DNA of 64,000 nt from an uncultured Acidimicrobiales bacterium (lineage in GTDB: Bacteria; Actinomycetota; Acidimicrobiia; Acidimicrobiales; SZUA-35): positions 187,538 to 251,537 of the forward strand of contig CALKTH010000009.1 in assembly GCA_937997485.1 (NCBI GenBank), given 5' to 3'. Under the pieces are notes generated by a model. It had not been told where the DNA came from and made no database searches. It saw nothing but the letters and a program-made list of their open reading frames with translations. The position numbers and the translations under genes are program-made. Below, piece by piece: positions 8,753 through 16,838 of the stretch; the stretch's first letter is position 1, and every line of letters begins with the position of its first letter.

Positions 8753-10002
8753 CAGCTCGGCTCCTCGGTCGTGTTGGGTGTGGACATCGTGGCCTCTCGC
8801 TGAACAGAAAGCTCCACCTCGGTCCCTTCTCCCGGCGCAGTGTGGATGAGCGCTTCGCCCCCAGCTCGCTCCATACGTCCGTGAATCGATTCGCTGACGC
8901 CGCGACGGTCTTCTCCGACGGTCGCAGGATCGAAGCCTTGGCCAGTGTCACGAACAAAGATCTCCACGCGTTGCGCGCTCACCTCAGCGAACACGTCGAT
9001 TCGCGAAGCGCCGGAGTGCTTCGCCGCGTTGACCGCCGCTTCGCGGCAGGCACCGATGAGCGCCTCGATCGCATCGTCCACGAGCGCATCACCAACGTTC
9101 ACCACTTCGATCGGCACACCGAAGAGATCCTCGACATCGGAAGCGATGTCGTCCAGACGCCCCCGCAGGCTGCCGCCGGAACGGGAGGCTCGGCTGGGAT
9201 CGAGGTAGTTCCGGAGCTCACGCTCTTGCCGGCGCGCCAAGCTGACCATCTGCTGCGGATCCTCACCCTTCTGGATCAGCGCCAATGTCTGCAGCACCGA
9301 ATCGTGGAGATGCGCGGCAACCTCGGCTCGTTCGTCAGATCGGGCGCGAGCTTGGCGTTCCGCATCGAGGTCGGTGACGAGGCGCATCCACCATGGGGCG
9401 GAAAAGGCGATCAAACCGGTGACCGCCGCGGCAGCTGCAAACGACGACTGAAGATCAAGGCCCAGATCCAGAGATGTCAGGAAGCCGGCGAACCCAGCCA
9501 CGGCGATCAGGAGCCCTCCAAGGCGCGGCACCCACACCGGCACGCGAGATGCCAGATGAGCGCCGTACAACGGCCGAAGGGCGAGCAAGGAACCGGCGCC
9601 CATGAGGGCCAACGGCCAAATGATGTTGGCCCGTAGCCCACCGAGCTGGCCCAGGAACAACGTCAGGCCGAGCGTCACGAGCACCAGGCCAGCGAGTCGC
9701 CGCGGGCGATCCTTGGCTTTGGCTTGGGGTGGCTGCGCCGAGACGAACCCTCGGTAGGCGGCGAGTGAAAGGCCGCCCCACGCGATCAGGTAGAGCAACC
9801 CGCCCCAGCCACCCACAGCGAAGAGCACGACGAAGGCCAGACGCACCAGCAGGACATCAACACCGATCTCGGCGGCGACTCCCGAAGCAACACCGCCGAA
9901 CAATCGCTGACCGTTCCGCACATCGGGCAATTGCCAGAACGGGCGCGCCGAGTCGCCGGAGGGTGCCAACGGCACATGAGGAGGAGGAAGGACGCCCGAC
10001 AT
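8752..10002 (-). CDS. PspC-domain sensor histidine kinase
   Basis: N-terminal PspC (FGGVASGVAAEIGVDVLLVRLAF), TM helices, HLHDSVLQTL H-box, RDTGQGF and GTEV ATPase boxes. Confidence 0.92.
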   Translation of the reverse strand: MSGVLPPPHVPLAPSGDSARPFWQLPDVRNGQRLFGGVASGVAAEIGVDVLLVRLAFVVLFAVGGWGGLLYLIAWGGLSLAAYRGFVSAQPPQAKAKDRPRRLAGLVLVTLGLTLFLGQLGGLRANIIWPLALMGAGSLLALRPLYGAHLASRVPVWVPRLGGLLIAVAGFAGFLTSLDLGLDLQSSFAAAAAVTGLIAFSAPWWMRLVTDLDAERQARARSDERAEVAAHLHDSVLQTLALIQKGEDPQQMVSLARRQERELRNYLDPSRASRSGGSLRGRLDDIASDVEDLFGVPIEVVNVGDALVDDAIEALIGACREAAVNAAKHSGASRIDVFAEVSAQRVEIFVRDTGQGFDPATVGEDRRGVSESIHGRMERAGGEALIHTAPGEGTEVELSVQREATMSTPNTTEEPS

Positions 10003-10037
10003 GAAGAACCATGATCGCACGAGCGAGAGCACTGCAC

Positions 10038-10065
10038 ATCAGGGGTGACCCTGAGCCAACCCTGA
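10038..10065. promoter_or_regulatory. Operator-like motif ATCAGGGGTGACCCTGAGCCAACCCTGA, copy 2
   Basis: TCAGGG-N4-CCCTGA palindrome plus a CCCTGA direct repeat at 11-bp period, in the divergent kinase/pspC intergenic region. Confidence 0.7.
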
Positions 10066-10133
10066 CGAGGACAGCGAAGAATGCGAGACTCACCTGATGG
10101 GCAACAGCGACGAACGGGCGGATCATCGTCGGT

Positions 10134-11423
10134 ATGAACGACACGCTTGCTCCCGACGACGACTCATCTCCGATGACTGATCACGACGCTCCAGATCCTG
10201 GCGCCGCGACGACGCCCCCAACGGATCCCCGATCCTCGTCGCCCGGTGCGGGATACCAACAACCGCCTGCACCGCAGCGTCGGCTGCGCCGGTCCGCTCG
10301 CGGCCCGTTTGGCGGCGTGGCCAACGGCATCGCCGAGTTTCTGGGAGTCGATGCGATTCTCGTCCAGGCGGCATTCGTCGCTTTGACCGTGTTCGGTGGG
10401 AGTGGCGTCCTCCTGTACCTGGCGGGCTGGTTCCTGATTCCGGATCACACGAGCACCGACCCTCGCCCCGTCGCGGTGAGCAACAAAGCGCTCAACGTCA
10501 TCATCGGCGTGCTCTTTGCCACCGGAGCCGCATCGCTTGTCTTCGGCTCGATCACCCTCGGCTTCTCTGGCAACTTCATCGCCGCTCTGGCCCTCGTCGG
10601 GCTCGGCGTGTTTTTGCTCAACCAGCGGCCGGAGGCAAACAGTTCTGGCAGTGTGGTCGCGGCTCCCGCTTCGATGGCGGCGCCTACGTCATCAACGACG
10701 GCCCCGGCGCCCTCCATGTGGGCGCCGCCGACACCTCCCCCTCCTGCGCCGTCGGACGCCCATTGGGCGATGACACAGGTCCACGACGAAGTCCTCGGCT
10801 CTCCTCCCCCGGTTGAGCCTGGGCCACCGGTCACCAGTGTGACGCTGGCGCTGTCCGCCCTCGTTGTCGGCGTGCTTCTCACCATCGATCAGCTGACGGG
10901 AGCGGACATCTCCGCCTCTGTCATGATCGGGGCGGCCCTCGCCGTCATGGGTGGCGGGCTCGTCGTGAGCGCCTTCGTCGGACGTGCACTCGCCCTGATT
11001 CCCATCGGCATCGTCACCGCCCTTTGCCTGCTCGTTGCTCCGATTCTCGACTTGACGATCGACGGCGGCAGCGGCTCGCGAGAAGTTGTCGAGACCGACG
11101 TCGCCAACCTTCAGACGGACTACGTGCTTGGCGCCGGTGCGCTGGAGCTCGACTTCACCGGCCTCGAGATCATCGAAGACACCACCGTCAACGTGGCCGT
11201 CGGCGCCGGCTACACCGAGATTTGGGTGCCGGACGATGTGAATGTCAAGGTCATCGCGTCCTCCGACTTCGGATACGTCGAGGTCTTCCGCCGAGAATCC
11301 GCAGGCGTCGGGGCGGAACGAACCAGCACCGTCGCACCACGAGGCGACATCGATCCGAGCACAGCACCCACGCTCACGGTGACGGCAGACGTCCGCTTCG
11401 GCTACGTGGAGGTCAACCGATGA
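10134..11423 (+). CDS. PspC domain membrane protein with C-terminal LiaF/DUF2154-like beta domain
   Basis: RRLRRS..GGVANGIAEFLGVD PspC motif, several TM helices, YVLGAGALELDF..VAVGAG..EIWVP C-terminus. Confidence 0.85.
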   Translation: MNDTLAPDDDSSPMTDHDAPDPGAATTPPTDPRSSSPGAGYQQPPAPQRRLRRSARGPFGGVANGIAEFLGVDAILVQAAFVALTVFGGSGVLLYLAGWFLIPDHTSTDPRPVAVSNKALNVIIGVLFATGAASLVFGSITLGFSGNFIAALALVGLGVFLLNQRPEANSSGSVVAAPASMAAPTSSTTAPAPSMWAPPTPPPPAPSDAHWAMTQVHDEVLGSPPPVEPGPPVTSVTLALSALVVGVLLTIDQLTGADISASVMIGAALAVMGGGLVVSAFVGRALALIPIGIVTALCLLVAPILDLTIDGGSGSREVVETDVANLQTDYVLGAGALELDFTGLEIIEDTTVNVAVGAGYTEIWVPDDVNVKVIASSDFGYVEVFRRESAGVGAERTSTVAPRGDIDPSTAPTLTVTADVRFGYVEVNR

Positions 11424-11767
11424 ACGCCACGTACGTTTCCCCAACATCTCGCCGACGACCGGCGATCGGCAGCCTCGCCTGGGGCAGCCTCTTCCTTCTC
11501 GTGGGGATCTCCGCCGCTCTCACCGACGCAACCGATATCGACGCCGGTGCCGTTGCTGCCATAGGCCTTCTCCTCGTCGGCACGGTGGTGCTTGTCGGGT
11601 CACTCTTCCGGTCTCGCACGGCATCTTCCGACGACAGCGTCCTCGAGACCAGCTCCGTTGCAGACGACGGGGAGACGACCGAGAGCGCAAGCGGCGAGAA
11701 CGACACGGTCTCTGGTTTCGACCCTGATCAGTTCCGTGATCCAGACTGGACAGATGTCGATTCGTGA
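11420..11767 (+). CDS. Small two-TM membrane protein with acidic tail
   Basis: ATG overlaps the pspC stop (ATGA); SLAWGSLFLLVG.. hydrophobic hairpin of the kind seen after pspC genes in actinobacteria. Confidence 0.7.
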   Translation: MNATYVSPTSRRRPAIGSLAWGSLFLLVGISAALTDATDIDAGAVAAIGLLLVGTVVLVGSLFRSRTASSDDSVLETSSVADDGETTESASGENDTVSGFDPDQFRDPDWTDVDS

Positions 11768-12902
11768 GCCGCTCGAGACCGTCCTGCTCGAAGCCCGGTC
11801 TCGGGCTGCGGAGATCGAGTCGGGCGGTCGGCTTCCGGCCGACCTGATCGACCGGCTGGCTGCAACCGAAGTCTTCCGCCTCTGGCTTCCCAAGCACCTG
11901 CACGGCTACGAGGCACATGTTCTCGAGGTCTTGGAAGCCATCGAGCAGGCGAGCTATCACGACGGAGCAACGGGCTGGTGCGTGATGATCGGCTGCACAA
12001 CGTCGCTCAACGCCGCCTTCCTTCCCCCCGCTCACGCCACGGCAATCTTTGGCGACCCAAAGGCCATCGCCGGAGGATTCGGCATGCCAGCCGGCGTCGC
12101 CCGCATCGTGGAAGGCGGCCTTCGGGTCACCGGTGAATGGGCCTGGGGCTCGGGAAGCAGCCACGCAACCTGCATGGGTGGTGGCGTGCGCATCGTTGAC
12201 ACCGACGGTCAGCCTGCCGCCCTCGCAGATGGCGGCCGGACTGCCTTCGTCTTCTTCGATCGCGACGACGTCGAGCTCCTCGACACCTGGCACGTGATGG
12301 GGATGAAGGGCACCGCATCCACCGACTACCGGGTGCAAGAAGCCTTCGTGCCTGAAGGCCGATGGGTCTCGTTCGGCACCGGCGGCGAGCCGACATCGGA
12401 CTCGCCGCTCTACCGCTTCTCCTTCTTTGGTGCTCTGGCGCTTGGCGTCGCCAGCGTCACCATCGGCCTCGCCCGCCGAGCCATCGACGAGCTGATTGCC
12501 CTTGGAGCGAAGCAACCCTTCGGCAGCAGTCGGTCATTGGCCGAGCGCGGCTCGACGCAGGCGGAACTGGCCACAGCGGAAGCTGGCGTCCTCGCAGCCA
12601 AGGCGCTCATTCGTGACGTGGTTGAAAGCGGTTGGGACACCGCTGAGCGGGAAGGGGCGATGACGGGTGAACAGAAGCGACAGCTCCGTCTGGCCGCGAA
12701 CCACGCAGCAACGGCCAGCGTCAGAGCGGTGGACATTTGCCATGCCGCAGCAGGCGGGACCGCCGTGTACGAGACCAGCCCGCTGCAGCGCGTCTTTCGC
12801 GACGTACATGTGGCCAAGCAGCACGGCATGATCGCTCCCCGGCTCATGGAACCGCTCGGACGCATGGCGTTCGGACTCCCGACCAGCACGGCCCAGTTCT
12901 GA
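11754..12902 (+). CDS. Acyl-CoA dehydrogenase-fold flavin-dependent hydroxylase (HsaA/HpaB-like group)
   Basis: GEWAWGSGSSHA, DTWHVMGMKGTAS, LQRVFRDVHVAKQH; start ATG 11754 overlaps the previous gene. Confidence 0.85.
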   Translation: MSIREPLETVLLEARSRAAEIESGGRLPADLIDRLAATEVFRLWLPKHLHGYEAHVLEVLEAIEQASYHDGATGWCVMIGCTTSLNAAFLPPAHATAIFGDPKAIAGGFGMPAGVARIVEGGLRVTGEWAWGSGSSHATCMGGGVRIVDTDGQPAALADGGRTAFVFFDRDDVELLDTWHVMGMKGTASTDYRVQEAFVPEGRWVSFGTGGEPTSDSPLYRFSFFGALALGVASVTIGLARRAIDELIALGAKQPFGSSRSLAERGSTQAELATAEAGVLAAKALIRDVVESGWDTAEREGAMTGEQKRQLRLAANHAATASVRAVDICHAAAGGTAVYETSPLQRVFRDVHVAKQHGMIAPRLMEPLGRMAFGLPTSTAQF

Positions 12903-12922
12903 TCTCGGCCGAGGTCTGAGAC

Positions 12923-14059
12923 GTGGACTTCGATCTTCCCCCCGACGACGACCCCCGGCGCCTTGCTGTCCGGGATTGGATCGCCAACCATCCTGATCCG
13001 ACGCCGACTGACCTGGCTCGGGCCGGATACACCGCGCCACACTGGCCCGCTCCGTGGGGCCTCGACGCGGACCCCGAACATCAGCTGATCATCGATCAGG
13101 AGCTGGCGTCGATCGGCATCGACAACGTCGGGGTCTCCATCGGTTTGGGGTGGGCCGGCCCGACGATTCTCACCGGGGGTACAACCGCACAGCAGCAGCG
13201 CTGGCTCCCCGGCATTCTCGACGGTTCCGAGCAGTGGACGCAGCTCTTCAGCGAACCTGATGCCGGCAGCGACCTGGCCTCACTCCGCATCAGCGCCGTG
13301 CGCGACGGCGACGAGTACGTGATCAATGGCCAGAAGATCTGGAGCACCTGGGCCGACCAATCCCAGTGGGGCATCCTCATCGCTCGCACAGACCCCAGTT
13401 CGCTCGAAGAAGGAGACCGCCGACAGCGTGGCATCTCCTACTTCGTTGTTGATATGGACACGCCAGGCATCGAAGTGCGGCCCATCATCGAGATGACGGG
13501 AGGCAACCACTTCAACGAGACATGGTTCACCGATGTGCGTGTCCCCGTCGATTGCCGCATTGGACCTGAGAACGAAGGCTGGAGGTTGGCCAAAGTCACG
13601 CTCGGCAACGAGCGTCTCTCGCTGTCTCACGGCGGCGTGATCTGGGGCATGGGGCCGGTGAGCGATGACCTCTTCGCTTTCGTGAAGGACGAACTCGGCT
13701 CCATCGACGATCCCGTGCTTCGCCAAAAGGCGGCTCGTGTCTACACCGAGAAGCGGCTCATCGAACTGTTCGGTCTTCGCATGATGACGATGGCCCTTGG
13801 CGGCAACGACCCGGGGCCCTTCGCCTCGATCCGCAAGACCCTCGCTGATGAACACGGCCAGTCGATCACGACGCTCATGAAGGATCTTCGAGGCGCCCAC
13901 GCCATGCTCGGCGAGCAGAACGAACACACCGAGGAAGACGACGTCTGGCATTGGTCGTACCTGTTCAGCCGAGCACTGACCATCGGCGGCGGCACGAGTG
14001 AGGTGCAGCGCAACATCATAGGGGAGCGCCTGCTCGGCCTTCCGAAGGAGCCAGGATGA
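12923..14059 (+). CDS. Acyl-CoA dehydrogenase
   Basis: FSEPDAGSDLA, INGQKIWST, FNETWFTDV, TIGGGTSEVQRNIIGER. Confidence 0.95.
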   Translation: MDFDLPPDDDPRRLAVRDWIANHPDPTPTDLARAGYTAPHWPAPWGLDADPEHQLIIDQELASIGIDNVGVSIGLGWAGPTILTGGTTAQQQRWLPGILDGSEQWTQLFSEPDAGSDLASLRISAVRDGDEYVINGQKIWSTWADQSQWGILIARTDPSSLEEGDRRQRGISYFVVDMDTPGIEVRPIIEMTGGNHFNETWFTDVRVPVDCRIGPENEGWRLAKVTLGNERLSLSHGGVIWGMGPVSDDLFAFVKDELGSIDDPVLRQKAARVYTEKRLIELFGLRMMTMALGGNDPGPFASIRKTLADEHGQSITTLMKDLRGAHAMLGEQNEHTEEDDVWHWSYLFSRALTIGGGTSEVQRNIIGERLLGLPKEPG

Positions 14060-14763
14060 ACGATCTGCTCACACGTCACCTTCGTGACTATCTCGGTGTT
14101 TGGCCGCCGCCGGCTCCGGGTCTGACCGTGGTGGGATCCGAGCTTCGAACCACCCCGTCTTGGGACGGGTCCGTTCGTTCGGTCGCCGGTGTGGAAACCA
14201 CTGACGGGGCCGTCCTTTCCGTCACCCCGGATCAGGTCGAGGCGGTGCAAGCGCTGGGCACCGACCTGGACGACATCGGGCGCCAACTCGGCGCGGCCCT
14301 CGGACGACCGTCATGGAGGTTCGGCCGAGGCATCTTCCGCTGGTCCGAGAGCCCGACGCAGGGTGACGACCCCGGCGTTTGGCTCCCTGCCGATGATCCG
14401 CGAGTCCCAGAATGGCTCCGCCCCTTCAATGGTGATGTTCTCGTGGCGCTCGTCCCTTCCGCCAACTCCGAGCAGCCCGGCGCCGAAGAAGTCGCCGCCG
14501 GTGTCGGCCGCAAGCAGCACGACGCGGCAGGTCACGAGCTGGCGGTCGTCACCGAACCGGGGCATCGAGGCCAAGGTTGGGCCCGAAGGCTCGTCACCCA
14601 AGCTGCTCGGCGGGTGCTCGCCGACGGCGCCATCCCCATCTATTTGCACGCCGAAGACAACCTCGCCTCCGCCCGAACTGCGGATGCATCCGGGTTTCCC
14701 GATCTCGGATGGCGCATGCTGGGACTCTTCCCCGGGCAAGAGAAAGCGAACAACGATGGCTGA
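14056..14763 (+). CDS. GNAT-family N-acetyltransferase
   Basis: VVTEPGHRGQGWA acetyl-CoA motif A and NLASARTA. Confidence 0.8.
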   Translation: MNDLLTRHLRDYLGVWPPPAPGLTVVGSELRTTPSWDGSVRSVAGVETTDGAVLSVTPDQVEAVQALGTDLDDIGRQLGAALGRPSWRFGRGIFRWSESPTQGDDPGVWLPADDPRVPEWLRPFNGDVLVALVPSANSEQPGAEEVAAGVGRKQHDAAGHELAVVTEPGHRGQGWARRLVTQAARRVLADGAIPIYLHAEDNLASARTADASGFPDLGWRMLGLFPGQEKANNDG

Positions 14764-15343
14764 CGGCGACGCCGAACACTGGGACTCCCGCTATGCGAGC
14801 AAGGCGGCGGCTGCCGCAGCCGAGATGGCTGCCTCGGGCCATTCACCCCACCTCGTGGACTTGGCCGAACTCCTCCCAGTTGAAGGTCTTGCGCTCGATT
14901 TGGCGGGTGGCGATGGCGCCGACGGCTGCTGGCTGGCTCAGCACGGTTTGGAGGTCACCGTCGCCGATGTGTCTCGGATCGCACTGGATCAGGCCATCTC
15001 GCGAGCTGCCACCCTCGGCGTCGGCCTCGATGCCGTTGTCTTTGACGCGGATGTCGCGACCATCCCAGATCGGCCCTGGCAGCTCATTCACGTCGCCCAT
15101 TTTCTCCACATCGACCTGATGAACGCGGCTGCTGCCTCCCTTCCGGCCGGCGGCACGTTCGCCGCCGCCATCGGGACGATCTGGAATCTTCAGCGGCACG
15201 ACCGTCCTGGGCGACGCTTCCTGCTCGAGCCCGGTGAGATCAAAGCCTGGGCGGAACCACACTTCGACGTACTCCATTGGAGTGAAGACTGGCGGACGAA
15301 CGATCAGCACGAGGCATGGCTCGTGGCCAGGAAGCCTGGCTGA
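14756..15343 (+). CDS. Class I SAM-dependent methyltransferase (TehB-like)
   Basis: HWDSRY, ALDLAGGDG, VTVADVS; ATG overlaps the GNAT 3' end. Confidence 0.85.
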   Translation: MADGDAEHWDSRYASKAAAAAAEMAASGHSPHLVDLAELLPVEGLALDLAGGDGADGCWLAQHGLEVTVADVSRIALDQAISRAATLGVGLDAVVFDADVATIPDRPWQLIHVAHFLHIDLMNAAAASLPAGGTFAAAIGTIWNLQRHDRPGRRFLLEPGEIKAWAEPHFDVLHWSEDWRTNDQHEAWLVARKPG

Positions 15344-16075
15344 TCAACCCAGGGACGGGGCCCACCAAGCAATCGCGGTGAGGGTTCCGGCGGGGATCTC
15401 GGTGTAGCCGCCATCGTGGATGTCGACCACTCCCGGCGCGCCCACCTGGCCAACCAGGTGTTCCCACAACTTCGACCCGACATGCACGACGTGGAGTGGA
15501 TGGCCAGCTTCTGCCCATCGCTCACGTGCTGGCGCCGGTTGCGCCTCCCACAGGCGCTGTCCGGCATGGGCACATTGGGCCGCGCGCTTACCCCATGACA
15601 TCTCGTGCTCGGGTGTGACCGCCACCCACATCGCCTCGCCGTCAGCCCTCGGCAGGCATCCGTCAGCCAACGCGTCGAGCTGTTCCGGCTCCTCGAGCGG
15701 GGTCGACTGGATCTGCAGCTTGGCGAGCCCTGCCGGGGCTTCATCCATCCGACCCGGCACAAAGGCCCGAACCTCGGCGATGACACCTCCTTCATCGTCG
15801 TGAAGGGCAACCGTCACCCCCGGCACATCCTGAGCGCGTTCCCATGCCGAGGCTCGGCCGCGACGCACTAGCTTGCGGATACGCGATCCATTCCAGGCAC
15901 CAACCGCCTCCGCCCATTCGCCGTCTGGTTCGGTGCTTCGGGGGTCATCGAGCAATGCGATCGTCGCGAGGATGGCGGCCCGGCACACATCGATGGCACG
16001 AGGCGGGTTCAGCTTCTCGACACGCGCCGCGAGTTGCAGCGCCAGCGGTGATTCGTCTCCGTCGGTTGGCGTCAC
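15344..16075 (-). CDS. Peptidyl-tRNA hydrolase, Pth2-like actinobacterial type
   Basis: MSWGKRAAQCAHA and IHDGGYTEIPAG Pth2 motifs. Confidence 0.8.
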   Translation of the reverse strand: MTPTDGDESPLALQLAARVEKLNPPRAIDVCRAAILATIALLDDPRSTEPDGEWAEAVGAWNGSRIRKLVRRGRASAWERAQDVPGVTVALHDDEGGVIAEVRAFVPGRMDEAPAGLAKLQIQSTPLEEPEQLDALADGCLPRADGEAMWVAVTPEHEMSWGKRAAQCAHAGQRLWEAQPAPARERWAEAGHPLHVVHVGSKLWEHLVGQVGAPGVVDIHDGGYTEIPAGTLTAIAWWAPSLG

Positions 16076-16133
16076 CCGCCCTGTCTACCACTGGCTGGCA
16101 CCGGGCCCGGTCTCCGGGCTCTACCATCGCTCC

Positions 16134-16838
16134 ATCACTGTTGATCCCCTGCCCACTCCCGCCATTGGCACGCTCAACGAGGGTCACCTGCATGCCTCGT
16201 TGAAGCGGCACTACGCGGAACCCGGCGATGCCTTCGAGGTGCCATTGCACGGCTTTGTCATCGACCTGGTTCGTCACGCGGGGACACGCCACGAACGTCT
16301 GGTGGAGATCCAGACGGGTTCGTTCGGAGCGATGGGCAACAAGTTGGATCGGCTCCTCGAGGACCACCGGATGCTGCTCGTGCATCCCATCGCTGTCTCG
16401 ACGATTCTGGAGCGGCCGGGAAAGGCCGATCGGCGATCGCCGAAGCGGGGTTCGCTCCTGTCTGTCCTCGATCAGCTCGTGAGCCTGCCGACGATGCTCG
16501 ACCACCCCAATCTCGAACTCGACGTCGTGCTGCACACCGAGATCAAGAAACAGATCCACGACCCATCGCTGCGACGTCGACGGGGTGGGTATCGCACCGT
16601 GGATCGCCACCTCGGCGAGATCGTGGCCACGCACCGGTTCTCGTCGATCGCCGACATCGCGGCGCTCGGTCCTCCCCCGGCAACACCGACCTTCACGACT
16701 GCGGACCTCGCCGAGCACAACAACATCTCGAGAGATGCGGCCCAGAAGCTCTGCTACTGCCTCCGGGCCGCGGGTCTCTTCGAGGTCACCGGCCGCACCC
16801 GAGCCGGCAATACGTTCAGGGCAGTTCGAGAATCGTGA
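16134..16838 (+). CDS. Hypothetical PD-(D/E)xK/CoiA-like nuclease-fold protein with C-terminal HTH-like region
   Basis: IGTLNEGHLHASLK..FVIDLV..LVEIQTG; start uncertain (no in-frame ATG/GTG/TTG between the pth start and the conserved core). Confidence 0.55.
   Translation: MTVDPLPTPAIGTLNEGHLHASLKRHYAEPGDAFEVPLHGFVIDLVRHAGTRHERLVEIQTGSFGAMGNKLDRLLEDHRMLLVHPIAVSTILERPGKADRRSPKRGSLLSVLDQLVSLPTMLDHPNLELDVVLHTEIKKQIHDPSLRRRRGGYRTVDRHLGEIVATHRFSSIADIAALGPPPATPTFTTADLAEHNNISRDAAQKLCYCLRAAGLFEVTGRTRAGNTFRAVRES

Noticed and set aside
15341-15346. Abutting convergent stops (TGA/TCA here and at 51170-51175) as a functional motif
   Set aside because: Common in compact GC-rich genomes where TGA dominates; no further structure
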